A stretch of DNA of 64,000 bases from Marsupella aquatica (taxonomy: Eukaryota; Plantae; Marchantiophyta). The stretch is from contig OZ316898.1 in NCBI GenBank assembly GCA_973895155.1, forward strand, positions 4,699,079-4,763,078, written 5' to 3'. The translations under genes were made by a program, and so were the position numbers. Shown in pieces: positions 12,976-27,013 of the stretch (position 1 is its first letter; each line of letters opens with the position of its first letter). The notes beneath the pieces are model-generated. The model made no database searches. It was given only the letters and a program-made list of their open reading frames with translations, and was not told the origin of the DNA.

Positions 12976-15900
12976 TCATCTGGAGAATAATTTTGGTATA
13001 TCCGAAGGAATTGACGGGTCTCGCATAAAGTTGCAGAAGCTCTCCTCTTCCATAGGGAGAAGTCCGGTGGGAAGAGGATGATCTGGTGTTATCCCTACCT
13101 GCATGTGTACAGATTTCAGCGATGTCAGCCACAATTGTTTTTCAGATGGCTCAACCACAAATCAGCACGTCTGAAAAGGCTAACAGACTCTGCTCCTGCA
13201 GTTACGAAAAGTCCCTGATCGCCTACGGAGCCCAACGACATCACATCCCATTGACAGGAATTAGCAAATCACTATCTGCCCAAATCACGTGAATGTCTTT
13301 CCGCAAGATGTCGAGGGTTACAAGTTTCCTGTATATGACACCAGGACTAAGGTGATCGTAAAGTACACCAAGCTAAAAGGGAAGCAACATCTACTTATCG
13401 GACCCTACTTACGGACATGAACACTATCTGAATTAAAGGCAAAAGTAAAGAGCGAGCTAGTGCCCACAGACCTTATCGATATTGATATGGGCTGGAGTCT
13501 CATATCGAGCCACTGTGACTGCCATCCCTGATCCATCTGACAACTGGAAAATGGATTGTATTCTCCTGCCAAATCACAGGGCAACGGAGAAATGTCAATA
13601 CATTGCGTGAATTTCATCCACCAAACAGATACAAGCATCACGATTCTAACAGTGTAAAACAAAAAACCAGAAGAATCTACTAATGTAGAATAATATCCAG
13701 AGATTGAATCCGTGCCAAACTTGAAACTGAAAATTTGCAGAGCCCTACCACTAGGGACCCAGACATACACCTGCATTCGGTACTTTTTAGTCTGCAGGTC
13801 GTTATAATCTTACCCTTTACCAAAGGTCGCCTCCCCTACAATGATTGCTCTGTTATTATCTTGCAAAGCACCGGCTAAAATCTCACTTGCACTCGCAGTG
13901 CCCTTGTTCACCTGCCATTGAGCGATGGATTAGAACAATAAGGACTGCACTTTGCTACAAACATTAAATTCATCTGCATTTCGGGTTCTACCAAATAATC
14001 ACGTCATGTGAAGACACCAATATTGGACGTAAAAAACAGAAACCCACGAAAAAGAAGAATTAGGCTACGGGATTGAAAGGCCGGGTCAATCTGCAGCTTA
14101 ACGAATAGCGTCAACGGCTTAGTTCCTGCCAATATTTTTTGAAATCGGGGTTTACTAACCAACACTGTCAAAGGTTCGGTCGTTGCAATTGCTCCCTCCC
14201 CGTCAGTTTCGTAAATATCTCGAACACCCATACTGTCAGTTATGTAAACAATGACTCCCTTCTCTAGCCTGCAAGAACGAAGCGAATCAACACCCTGCCT
14301 GCATATTGAAATTAGATTGAAGTCACATAAATCCAGGGAACTATACTAGAATCTTAAATCTAGATTTATGTAACTTCATAAATAATGATGACAGTATTCT
14401 ACTCTAATTTCATATTCATTCTTGGTTGGCTAGGTCGGCTACAAAGTGATTAGTTTGCTAATTTCATATTCTTCTTCTACCCTAAATTCTACTCTATTTT
14501 CATAATCACTTTGTATTAGTGTATTGAACATATAAAGCAAGCTACGCAAAGATTATACCCTCTAGATAGTTTCCCCTACATCCTCTTGGTTTGACCAGGA
14601 TTCGATCTGAAGCCAACCTCCAAATTTAAGTCGCATTAGAGAAAATCAATACAGCAATCAGTTCATGCTGTCTAAGCAGAGATAGATAATGATAGCTTCG
14701 AGGGAGCAAGGATACTGACCACATTTTGGCAATCTCAACACCAGCTGGAAAGAGTCCACCACTGCGGACCAAAACAAAAATGTGACCAGCAACATCAGAG
14801 ATCACGGCGAACTTTCAAGTTCTAAACATAAAGTCAACTGAAGTATCCTTCACTTATGTTTACAGCTGCTGCAATAGATTTGAAATGTGAGTCCTGCATC
14901 AAATAAGAGTACCTATTGTTTCGAATATCAAGAACAAAAGATGTTGCACCGCTCTCCCTCAAGCTTTCAATAGCTCTTTTCACCGCACCTACATCCACAA
15001 CCCAAGGACAAGACTTTAAATTCTGGGGCTGCAGCTCTCCAGTTTAAGTAAGAATATTTCCAATAGGTCTCCTTATTAGCAAGTTCTTCACACCAAAAAA
15101 AAGAGAGCAGAAATAGCATGCTCTAACTTTCGATTCACCACCCTACTGCCCCACCTTCGTCTAGCCCCATAAGGATCACAACAACATAAACTCTTAATTC
15201 AATAGCAACAAATTCTAAGATTACCAATCAGAAATAACATATACAGTAGATAAGGACATACTACTAGAATTTTGATTGAATGTTGACAGTCGAATGTATC
15301 CCAGTTTTGTTGGGTTCTGATCAGCATTTGATATATCACATAGTTTCCACGAGACCGGATTCAAGGTGACCTTTTCTCTCCTACACAAAAGAGAAACAGG
15401 AGATTATTGACAAGTATAATTTTCTGAGTCCCTTCCCAAACATTAAGGACAATAAAAATCCTTTAGTGCAACAGTGTTTGACAACATTTTTCGAGTGTCC
15501 GTTCTTCTGAAGAGCAACAAAACAATCAATGGCCCATGTGAATTTCTTAGTTCCCCTTCGTTTGACACCTCAAATTAACAACAAACGTGTCCACCAAGAT
15601 ATTTGATTGATCGAGATCACAAGCATAAGGAGTATTTGTTTTAGCCCTTGCTCAAATTACTGACACACAACTCACGCAGCTCTTCTGGGAATACTCTGAC
15701 AAACAAATGCGCATTTGGCGATTACAAATGAGTAAATTAGATATAGTTTATTTGTGTAAATGAAAAGAAAAACTGAATACGGTATATGCCATTTCATGCG
15801 GAAGAATGGATAATGCATCCGATGTAAAATCATACTCACAGGACAGTGACTGTCTTTGGCATTGAAGCTTTCTTATTGAGAACCGTCAAATCTACTGGAG

Positions 15901-18794
15901 AATTCAATGCACCCCTGTCAAGTCAAAGTCAAATTTGAGAGCTCTCTCTACAATATCTCACTTGATCCACAAATCACTGAGTCGATTCTGCTCCTTAGTT
16001 TCTAAAAATTAGGCAATCTGTCAGCATGATCGGACATGTGAGTTTGGAAGAGTGTCTGATTTGGTGGAATGTATAAAAATGCAAGAAAATATTTTAGCTC
16101 AGAGTAAGATGCTGCAATCCGACCATATCACGCGACCTTTTCTGTCTTAACGATAAGATCTTTAAAAAGTGCAACATCCAAGAACAATTAGCTTTGTAAC
16201 ATTGTTCAGATTATCATAAAATATGTCTCACTTTAAATTATTGTGCCCTTGGAGGCCATCCATATCCATTGACATAATACCTACAAAAGGTGGAAAAAGA
16301 GGAGATATCTCACTGCAAGCGACGTGCAGCATCATACAGTCCCATTCCTTTTGTTGGGACTCCATCTATGGCCAAAATAAAATCACCGGGTACGATGCCG
16401 GCACGGCCTGCAGGCCCCCCCACGACAGGGGACACAACCACAAGATCTTCTGAAGTACCTCCCAGGCTGACATCGAAGCCAACTTCTAAACCCACCCCTA
16501 TCAGTGCACCATTAGTGCCCGACTGCCTTTCACAAACAGACACATCACTTTTTAGAAGGTACATGGAAATAACACGGAATAAACTACCGTTCGAAGAAGA
16601 ATCGACATCTACTATCAATCGTTCCAACATCTAATCAAGATCAAGATGAAAGACACAGAAGCTGATACGGCCGCCCAGAGAGTGGAACTTGGCTCTTCTA
16701 TGCATACAGCCTAATATATGGCTGGTTCAGAACCCATTCACGCTTCTCTGCGTTTCAATTCCACTCTCACATGCCCACCACATCTCTCCCTCCAGCTTAC
16801 CTTCAGGGCTTTGAACTTCTCAGGCTCCAGAAATCGTGTAAAAGGATCATCCAATGTTTGCAGCATCTTCCGGATTGCGTCATCTGAAATGCAATCCCCA
16901 TAATTGTCAAAATGTCAGGAATGCACGCACTTGTCGAAATGCTATGTTTCTAGAACCAGTTGTGACACCATCAAAATGTTATTTATTTATATTGCCTTTC
17001 TCTCAAGTTTGCAGTGCTTTGGGGCATCAATGGACGCAGTTTCCCTCTTAAACTCATCCATCGTTGTAAATGCGAATGCTATCTGCAATCCCAAATAAAT
17101 TATTGGCCAGCAATCACAATCTCTCTGAGAGACATGCACTGCCAAGAAAGACACAGAGAATAGGACATATCCGGTTAGTTCAAGGTGAGACTTTTCTGTG
17201 GAAGCACAAAGAGAGAGGCACGTACAAGTCTGTGGGCGAGTCCTCATGGGCTCTCGCTTGAGAGCATCTTCACGATATCGGAACCAACTCTGCCCATTGA
17301 AAGACTTATCAACATAGGCACGATCAACAATTCGCCATGCTTCCAAGAATACCAAATTCTCCTCCGTGAGAGACCCTGAGCTTGCACAAGTCGGACCACA
17401 TCCTGGAGTGAATATTACAGCTGAGTTGAAAAAAGCTGGTGTTCAGTTTCAGCTTGTTCGATAATGAATATTGTTCAATTTTGGGAGGACTTTAATTCTG
17501 GGAGAGAAGGCTATAAGCTAGTAGTTAACCATTACGTGCATAACATTGGATGCCTCATTTATGTTCGTCACTGATAATGATTATCAAAAGTTTTTAGAAT
17601 CAACAAGATAAGTAGATAATCCATCTCATTTAATATAACACATCAGTTCTTGCCCCCTCTTCTTAAACAATGTCTCGATGTGTGCCACTTGAAACATCAT
17701 TACAATCTGGACAACCTGGTGCGCTTGCCTATAATACTGCAGAAGTGAAGCTATACTTTGGTCCTAAAACTCCCGCAATCCATTTTGGTCTCCCTAAACT
17801 TCAAATCAATTGAATTTCCCTATAGACATCTGTCTGGAACAATTAGGAAGGGCGGAGAATGTCACATCTAAATCCAACGAGTCAAGTCTACTCCAACTGC
17901 CTCCTTGTTCTCATCATTGCTTACCAAATTTGGATCAGGTTGTAATACACATTTCGTTATTTGACACAACATGGACAATTATAAAGACCTGAATGCATAT
18001 TCAAGATAATAATTACAAGCAGGTTGTAGCGCGTAATTAGTAGGGCCACTGACGACCAGCATGGCAATTATTGCCGAGCTGATGAAGAACGCAAGTCCTC
18101 TCCTCTTCACAATGGGATACCACTGATAAAAAAGGCTCCGCTCGTTAACTTTAGGCGACCCTGTGCTGCCCTCGCCACGAGCTACGAAACCGGCGAAAGG
18201 TAGCAATGGCCAATACAAACAACCACTGGAAGTTTGTAAGATTCTAAGAGTCCGTTCGACCGCCTTCTTGAGAACACGTCTGGCACGTCTGGCAACTGGC
18301 AGCTGGCCAAATTCTCCTGTCAACCGAGCAGCAGGACTGCCTTCCAAGGAAATCACTGAGCCCCCGTGTTCATTCCTTTCCAGACTGCCATTGCTTCTAC
18401 TCCGCACTCCCGTCAAATTCTCGACAAATGCGCTCCATCTTCTACTCTTCCTTCTAAACTGCTTGCCTCCTGCTCTACTTCCGAGAAATGCAGACGACTG
18501 TATCATCATCATCCCCTTTTGGCAGAATGGTGCTCCTCCATCTTCTACTCCACCCACTCCTACTCCTCTCCTCGATTCCACCGACGATGATGAACTGCGA
18601 AATCCACCAAATTCTGGTCTCCGAATCGCAGACGACAACGATGGTCTTCGAAGCGAGAGAAATCCAGAGGAATGAATCACCATCCTCTTGCGGTCTAATG
18701 GAGCCGCTCCATCTTCAACTCTCCGAATCAAAGACGACGACGGCCTTCTTGGAGGCGCGAGCAGCACGAGCACAGGCGCCAGAGCTCCTTCCAT
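12976..18794 (-). CDS. CTPA: Chloroplast D1 carboxyl-terminal processing protease (CtpA, peptidase S41), 12 exons: 18794-18017, 17375-17226, 16883-16801, 16522-16314, 15914-15840, 15380-15262, 14988-14913, 14761-14720, 14268-14160, 13911-13814, 13565-13472, 13098-12976
   Basis: [34 protein letters not shown]; PDZ region GVGLEVG...GPAGRAGI; LDIRNNSGGLF; catalytic motifs [16 protein letters not shown] and TFGKG; GITPD near the C-terminus. Confidence 0.95.
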
Positions 18795-21769
18795 AGCTGC
18801 ATACAGTTCGGACCTTCCGTCCTCCCTTTCACCAATTGAACCGATCGTGAACCATTGAACAAAGCAGCGCCTTATTTTTCGAATACCAGACCATGTTCAC
18901 GATCAGGAATTGCAGCGAATTCTGCGGTACCATACATCCACTCTAAAAGTTTAGAGGCCACTCTATATGACACTCGCGGTAATTGGCTAAATAAGAGACC
19001 AAAGTGGCGTCTCAAACCAGCTCGTTCACTGAGAGGGTCAGTAACCAAAAATATATGGTTACCACAAAAGATGACCCTCAATAACTCTGGCGGTTAGCAC
19101 ACCAAAAGGTGCTTAGTGAAGTATGTGTCAATACCCTTCAAGAATTATTTGCACCCTTCGAGAATTGTTAGCGACCATTTTAAAATTGCCGGCACCCAGC
19201 TGACCCACAGGAGACTGTTGAAACTCATCTCAACCCTGAAACCCTGTGGATTAAGTTGGCCCAAAATTGGATTTTGGTCAGGCCGTGGGTGAAGATTTCT
19301 TAGTCGGGCTGACCCAAAAAACATGGGAGATGACAAGTTTGAGATGCCCAAGAATGGCCCCATGGGAGCATTATTGTTCCAAACTTTATTGTTCAGCTAT
19401 TGTGAGCACATAGCATTGGTCACTGCTGGTAAATGAGATTCATCACTAAGGGGAAATGACATTCATGACCAACTAGCACTGCTTGGTGTTTCTGGGAAAC
19501 TGGTTTATTGTTGTCCATTGGGTTTCATCATAAAAAAATTGTCTATGGCACACTGAAGGTGAAAATATGAGAATTTATGTTTTCACATTTCCCAATGCTA
19601 CCGATGGTTGCTTTGATCCACATAAATGCAAAGTTTGCTTGACATCAGTTGTCTCAACAAGTATTGCACAATGGTAGCCATTTTCATTGTGACTGAGGTT
19701 CCAAATGAAACTAGTGCATAAAACCCCACCCCAAAAGTGAGGGGTCACCAAAGCACTTTGTACACAAAAGACTTGACACTTTCAAATATTGGATGTCACT
19801 CTCTTGTTACCTAAATGGAGATGGGCAGACGGACAACACCTAAGACTGGGGCTCAATGGGTTGTGATAAATGACTTTTCCATGAACCATTGGCCTAAATC
19901 ACTTGGTCACAAGAAGACCAAATGAATCTTCTTGTCCTAGGTTATATTTGTGTTGTATGTTCTCAAGAGTTTGGCCATAGTATTTTAAACACCCTACCCT
20001 AAGTGGAAGTTTTGAGATCCAAAACTTACTTCACTTCATTCAGTCAAACATGTCAACTGTCCAGATACCTTGGGATGTACTAAGAGCTCTGCCACCAGGG
20101 TTGCAGCTCATAACCGTCAAAGAAAATACAAAGGAAAAATTCAAGAGTGAGTTTCAGGATTGACAAAACACCTTCGAGACCATAAGTTGTGAGTGGTGGG
20201 GAGAGGAATCTGGTTGATGATTCTGTTGAATAAGCCCCATAAGAAGAGGATCAATTGGGTCGTAAATCCATGAAAACAAACTCACTAGTTAAGTACCTCG
20301 GTATCAAACCGTACATGTTGTGCAAACAATAGTGGTTCAAAATAGCAACAACGAAACAGTCAACTCATTCTAGAAATGGACCTTGCTCAACCCATGCTTT
20401 GATAATTCTAGCAGTGGATCCATGCTGCCTTAAGTTTTAGTGATGGACCCATATGTAATTGACAACTGATGCCTGGGTAATTTAAGTAGCAGACCCATGC
20501 TTGGCTGATTCTGACTGAGACCCATGGTCCCAATGATGTCAGTAGTGAACCCATGCCCAACACACATGAGACCATAACCCCATGCCATAAGCCTGGATTC
20601 GAGCTGGTAAGTCAAAAGTGAAGCTCTCCTAGACCATTGCAGCCTGCAGGGACCCGGGCAAGGACCACTGTGAAGCATTAAATTAATTTATCTAATAAAG
20701 TGCAATCAAAAGCAAAGATAATTGTTTGTGGTCCTTTGGACTCTGACACTTAGTGCACTGCTAGGGCATCTGGAAATAGACACAATGGTACTCACCATCT
20801 ATTTTCAAACAAAGCTCGGGCATTGAGGCTAGTGTTCACACTTTTGACTGTGGTAAAGTGCTCGGGCCACGGGAATTACAAAGTCATACATTGTGGTCAA
20901 TTCAAGCATTAACTTCCTTTCATGTCACTACTAGGCTAGTGGAAATCATTATAGTACAGTCGTCTCTATCTAAGTGCACCCTCCGGAAGAAGCATCTGTG
21001 TGTACTAAACGGGGTTCACTATATGTGATGAGTACAAACCTGTACACTTGTGCATTTATCGAATAAAAGTTTACAGGTTCGATTCATGCACTCAATAAGA
21101 GTGCATGCTCCAACAGTGAGCAGTCTTGTGACTCAAAGCTGAAATTGTACATCGCGAGGTATTGTATAATATGAGCAAACAGGAATTTTGATGGCCAGGA
21201 GAGTGTTGTTAGGGAGTCATTAGTGGATCTAAATTTCTTTTGATGCTTGTTTCCCTTTTTTAAAGACTCCAGATGGCTAGGGAGTTTGCTAGCCAAAAGA
21301 GGAGTCCCAAAAATGGAGGTGATCAACTAAGTTTTTGTTAGTGAGGCACTTGGATATAGAAAATATAGGGGGCATGGGAGGAATTTTTTTTACTATCTCC
21401 TCTCACAAATATAGGGGGCATGTGAGTAAAAGTTTTCATGCGAGGAAAACTTTTTACTATCTCCTCACATGCTACAATGACCCATACATCCCAGCTCTAA
21501 ATTTGGTGTCTTGCTCCATTAGCACATTTTCTTACTCTACCAAAAAGGGCATGCATTTGTCACTAAATGCAATTTGATGAGGTTGTGTTCTTATTGATAA
21601 CTGTACATGTATACTTATCAAGGGTTTGTACTTATAGTTAGCAAAAATATTTCAGGCTTACTATTGCGATTATGGACCTGAAATATTTCCTGAAATACTT
21701 TGCCTAATATATTTTTGCCTAATATTTCCTGAAAAGGCCTGTTTGCAATGTGTTGCGATTATGGAATGT

Positions 21770-22058
21770 GCAATATTTCCTGCCTGTTTGCACTAACAAA
21801 CAAGTGCAAAATGCGTGTTCAAGAAAGAGAAGAACAGGATGCCTTGTCCTACCCAGGGGTTGCACTTACACAAGTCTAAAAACAAGTGCAAACTGCATGC
21901 TAGAAAAAGAGAAGAACAGGACACCTTGCAGTTAGCCAGGAGTTGCACTTATGGAGTGTGCTATTTCAGGCCTTTTTGCACTAACAAAAAAGTGCAAACT
22001 GCCTGTGAGAAAAACGAGAAGAACGGGACGCCTTGCAGTGGGCTCTTGGTTGCACTTA
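21770..22058. repeat. Diverged tandem repeats inside the TIR element
   Basis: gagaagaac(a/g)gga...ccttg...g(g/a)gttgcactta and ttgcactaacaaa..agtgcaaa each recur 2-3 times. Confidence 0.7.
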
Positions 22059-22343
22059 TTGGCTGAACTATGTTCAGCTACAGTATGTGATAGGGGCCCA
22101 AAAGTAGCCCCCAAGATACTTTTGTATACTGGACTACAATACTCTATACAATTTCCCTTGTTCTAAAAAGACCAAACCAAAATTCAATATATTGCATAAG
22201 TATTTGATTCAGGCAAGATCATAATGGCTTACCTGGGCAGGTGAGGGGAACATTTAATGATTTGTCTTTTGTGTTTACTTCATTCTTTTCTTTATACTTT
22301 GTTCAGCCTAATGTGACCAAACCCCCTTTGGTCACGGGCCTGG
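22059..22343 (+). mobile_element. Non-autonomous rolling-circle element (Helentron/HINE- or Helitron-like), copy 1
   Basis: 5' ggctgaac-tat-gttcagc hairpin; 3' inverted match gttcagcctaat followed by stem-loop gtgaccaaa-cccc-tttggtcac and terminal CTGG; no TSD. Homologous to 27014-27780. Confidence 0.7.
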
Positions 22344-22848
22344 TGAGGTATGCACTTATGAGATATGCACTTATAGAGGGGTCACTGTACTAGTAATCTA
22401 CGAACGTTACAGTCGTATTGTAGCTGAGAAGGGAGTGCCGGACCCAACTCTGCCTTCGACACAAGGAAAACACGAAGGCTTCTTCTGTGTCTGACCCGAG
22501 GTGTGCAATCTCGAGGTGTGCAGTCCTTCTGCTCGATCCGATCTTCGTTTATTTGGCACCGACTGATTGTTACTGCGTTACCCGTTGAGGTGAGAGGACA
22601 TTGAATTGTTGTCGAAGTTCGTTTTGTTTTGGGTTTCGGTCGCAGGTCTATTTCTGTTGGGTGTGTGTTGCTTAGATGTAAGTGGAGAGTAACTGAGACG
22701 AGGTCCTTGTTTGTGCTCGAGAAGGAGGAGAAGATTTGCCGATTCGGTGAGGCGAGGTGGGGTGAGGTGCGCCAGCAGTGTGCGGAGGAAAGGTAGTCGA
22801 TTTGATAACGAGTGAGCAAGCGAGAGGGCGAAAAGAGAGGAAGGCAGG

Positions 22849-25086
22849 ATGGCGTCATCGTCATCGAGCCCAGCTGTAGGACGGGTGCTCTGTGTGCTCC
22901 TTTTGGCTTGCCTCTGCGTGGCCGTGGCTGCCGACACCGCCTTTCTCGTCGTGCACAAGAAGGCCGCGATCGCCAAGGTGAAGGCGTCCGAGCGCGTCAC
23001 CGTCTCCATTTCACTCTACAACGCCGGCACTTCGTATGTACCCCTAAACTCCTCTAGTACCCGTCCTCGCACTAGTGTTTTACTCCCTTCTTCCCCCCTG
23101 ATTCTTGTTCACTCATCTGCATCTATGCTGTTCCCGTGTCCTCTGCTTGCCGTTTTAGTGTGAGCATGGAGGGATGGGATTTTCCTCCCATTTGCATATG
23201 GCTCTTTATCTATTGCAATCGCACTTGTCGCTACCGTAGGTGCCGCACTCGCTCATAATATGAAAGGAATGGATGAGGTTTTTAGCTCTCTCCTTCTACC
23301 ACTGCGCTGGTGGAGCTGAGTCTGCGCTGTCTGTCGTTCAGCTTTTGAGGAAGTTAGGTCTGATTTCCTTCTAAGGTACCACGACTGTCGCAGCAACGTG
23401 CGGATTTGCCTTGCTTGCATGTTGGTCGGTCAATACTGGAGGTAGACCGGAATGATTTTTGCCCGATCAATTTTCTTTATAAGTCTGTGTGAATCTGGGA
23501 TGATGTATTCTGATTTCACGAGACGTTGCCGTCGGCCCTCTTAGGCTTGCTTTACAGAGGCCGGCTGCTGACTTTTGTGGTCGTATCCTGGTTCGTTGGA
23601 TTCCTCTGTTCGAAGGATGCTGTTTGCACTGATGCGTCACAAAGTTTGTTTGCCATCTAAATGTTCGATAAAGTTTAAGCGCGAAGTGTAGGCAGCTTGT
23701 GATAGATTCAAGATCCCTTGGACACCTAATATTGCTAATCCGCCCTTCTGGATAGTTGGGAATTGGATATAACCCTATGGCAAGGCTTCCGTTAGCGATG
23801 TAAATCAGTGTAGAGCGAAAAAGGGGTTAAATTTGGTGCCTACGGAAAGTGGACCATCTTCTGTGAGAAGAGAGATGTGTTCGTGTCTTTCGGTTGTGTA
23901 AGAGCGATTTTGATGGGTGGGTAACTTGCCTCAGGGAGGAGGGAATGGGAGGAAATATGTCCCCGTTCATTTTACCAGAGCATGTCTGTAAAGACTTGTT
24001 GTTGCTTTAAAGTTACTGAAGTACGCATTTGTTCTCGATCCTAATGTTCGGGACCGTCTTCATTGCAGCCCTGCATATGACGTAAGCTTGAACGATGACA
24101 CATGGCCTGAGGATGTTTTCACGGTCATCACCGGCAACACATCTCAGTCCTGGGAGAAACTTGATGCGTAAGTCTGGTTGATTTGAGGCCAACATCTAGC
24201 CTGCTATAGCATCCAGAGTTACATGTATTTCAGCGACATTGTGTGACTGCATATCTCGAGCAAGTTTTTGGTTCGACGGGATGTTGAACCTAAAATTCCT
24301 AGGCACAGAACTCAAAGAGGAATGACGGACAACCAGCTGACTTAATGTATTCTCGATTGCAGAGGAGCATCCTTGGCTCATGTTTTTGTTTTGGAGCCAA
24401 AGGTGAAGGGCCCATTTTATGGTCCGCCTGCAGTTGTGAAGTACAGGATGGCAGCTAAGTCAGCTTTGCAAGAGGCACATTCTACACCGGTGCCTGAGCT
24501 GGACTTGTTCTCAGACAAGCCTACTGAAAACAAACTTGAATGGGTAATGAGTTTTCTACCATCTGTCGTTCATTCTTAAACAAGTGGGTAGCTAAGCTGG
24601 TTGGCTACTTCGTGGATTGCTGCAGCCAATTGTTCCTTTTCAGCTGTCTGGTTCTCGTCATGTTAGGCACGAACTCCTTCCTCATAACAGTAAAAGTCAT
24701 GCATTGTGACACCACTGCTGATATACTTTGTCTTTATTTGTGTCTGGTGTCTGAACGCATATTATCACAACAATGTGGAATCAGATCAAGGTACACGGGT
24801 CTCCACTTAGTACCTCGGCTTTCTGCGTTCACTTTTCCTCAATTAGCTGCGCACTAGAACAAACAAAAGAAACTAAACTAAGCAAGGATCATTTTTCAAT
24901 GTTCGGTGCATTCCGTAGCTCCTTTGTCTTATATGCTGAGTTATATTTGTGTTACTGTGGCAGGAATTTGGGCTCAAGTATGGACCTCTTATGATCGTGG
25001 TGTCATTTGTTGGACTATTCACTTATCTACTTATCAGTCCATCCAAGTCGAAAAAACTTTCTAAGGCCAGCAAGAAGAGAAGATAA
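22849..25086 (+). CDS. SSR2: Translocon-associated protein beta subunit (exons 22849-23033, 24069-24167, 24363-24543, 24964-25086)
   Basis: Signal peptide, then FLVVHKKA...ERVTVSISLYNAGTSPAYDVSLNDDTWP...SWEKLDAGASLAHVFVLEPK; single C-terminal TM followed by a basic tail SKASKKRR*. Confidence 0.93.
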
Positions 25087-27013
25087 ATTTTTGCCTTGGT
25101 GGTTCAATCAGGACTGTTTTTCCGAAGATCGACAGGTCACCCTCCTTTCCAGAATTTGGATTCTGGATCCTTATGCTGGATTTTCATTGAAGTCTAGTAC
25201 CAACGAGATCAGATCAGTGTTGCAATAGGTTAGTAACTGAGCTGCTAATGCAGAGTTTACTCCTGTCCGGTTGTGCAATTTCGGTCCCAACCGAGTCTTT
25301 GGCTCGATTGATATTGAGTGTTCATAGAACTGCAGGAACCTCTTGATTTTGGGGGTCTCCCATTTCTTGTACCCTTTGTATTTCCGTTACTGTTTGATGG
25401 CAACTCGTAGCATTCAGTTTGTTAATGATACTTTTGTGGCATTTCTGCTTGCAAGAGTGATGATGAGTAATTTTTGTTGATCGTTTCCTTGACTGGGTAA
25501 ACGTGGATCCGTGTTTGACGAAGTTACTGGTACGCTCATATTGGCAAGTCTTGTTTTTATCGTATTGAGATCTTGGTTTATCAGATGATCAGCACGCCAA
25601 GAGCCCTCGTTAGTGAGGTGTGAATGCCAGCATTTAGAATGTCAACTCAATCTTCTGCTATCGTAGGAGACCAACTCAGAACGGATTCTCACCTGACTTG
25701 GAGAGTTCTCTACGACCGATTAGTCCTAAGAAATACTCTCCTAGGATTTACGCACCAAACTGTTTGCCAAACGGCGACTGTTGTCAAAATAGATTTGGAC
25801 TATTGGTGTGCAAGGAGTGTCTCTTCTCACAAGTATGGTAGTTGGGATAGGCAGAGTAAATCAACACAATCCAATTAGCTCTTGGAATTGGTGAGCTATT
25901 TGAATACAAACGAATAATATGGCCTCTTACTGGGAGGGAAAGGTCTATTATTGGTAGGAAAATTTTAAGATTTGGAGAAAGAAAAACTAAAAGGCATATT
26001 CACCTAACTGCGGAAAAAGAGGCTGCCGATTTGGATTGGCAATTACAACAATTTATCACCTTGTCAAGCCAAGTGCTATGTTTTGGCAATTACAAACAAT
26101 TTATAAACGTGAAGTGCTTTGTTTTGTCAGGGAGAGTGTTTCTCGCTTAACAGCAGCCAAGAAACAGGAATAACTAAAAATGGGCTTCTTGAAAAACTCT
26201 GTCGCTCCACCATTAAAAAGCTCATATAGGTGCTGTATCACCTGTCATCTAAATAAGGTTGATTGGGGCATTCATTGAGGCTATCAAAACCCCGAAGGAT
26301 CTTGGCGTGGTTGCTCTAAATATGAGTTGATAATCCGAAAGGAATGGAATATACTGTGGAATTGACTACAAAAACTTGGTAACAAGTAATTGGATACCTA
26401 AAGAATCTTTGGGAAAGAAAGTACTTGAGAGTACGACATGCAAGTAGGATAAATCCTACAAAATACAGCTTCCCTTTGAATTTGCATTTAGCCTCACTTC
26501 CTTTGCACCAAGAAGAGAAGCTACAATAAATACTTGATCTATCTGGGTTATGAAGGACTTAGGTTCTGCAAAATCCAATGGACTAAGGAACTTTTGACTA
26601 TCAGGATTTAGCAAGGATATCATGAAGACTCCTCCCTATGGTGAAGAGAAAAAGTAGGGTCACAATTACCATTTGGGATTTGTAAGGCGATCACATATAT
26701 TTTTTTGGAAGAAAAGAGGAGTAACCAAAATATGACCATGTACCAAAATATGACCATGTGCAGTTTAGCAGTGGTATCTCATTTGTTATTTTTGCCCCAT
26801 CCTTGTTTTTGTCCACCGTCATTTATAGTTTTGCCCTTATTAACACTCTTATCAGTCTAGGGTCTAGACTTCAGTAGCTTCCCATCCTAGAAGCTTCACT
26901 CTAGACGACGGAAGGCCTTGACAATAGCAAGAGTAGCTAGCTTCTCATCCTATAGGCTCTAGGCTTCACTCTAGACCATAGGCCTTAACAGTAGCCTTTC
27001 CCATTGCTAATTA

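Larger units (their letters stand above)
20957..22387. mobile_element. Non-autonomous Tc1/mariner-pogo-like TIR element (CAGT...ACTG, TA flanks) with internal tgcactta repeats
   Basis: Left end ta|cagtcgtctctatctaagtgca. Reverse complement of right end ta|cagtgacccctctataagtgca. TA flanks both ends. No intact transposase is visible. Confidence 0.65.

Noticed and set aside
26200-26700. Possible LINE remnant (IKTPKDLGV-like)
   Set aside because: Only a short, weak motif resemblance; it cannot be supported without a search.
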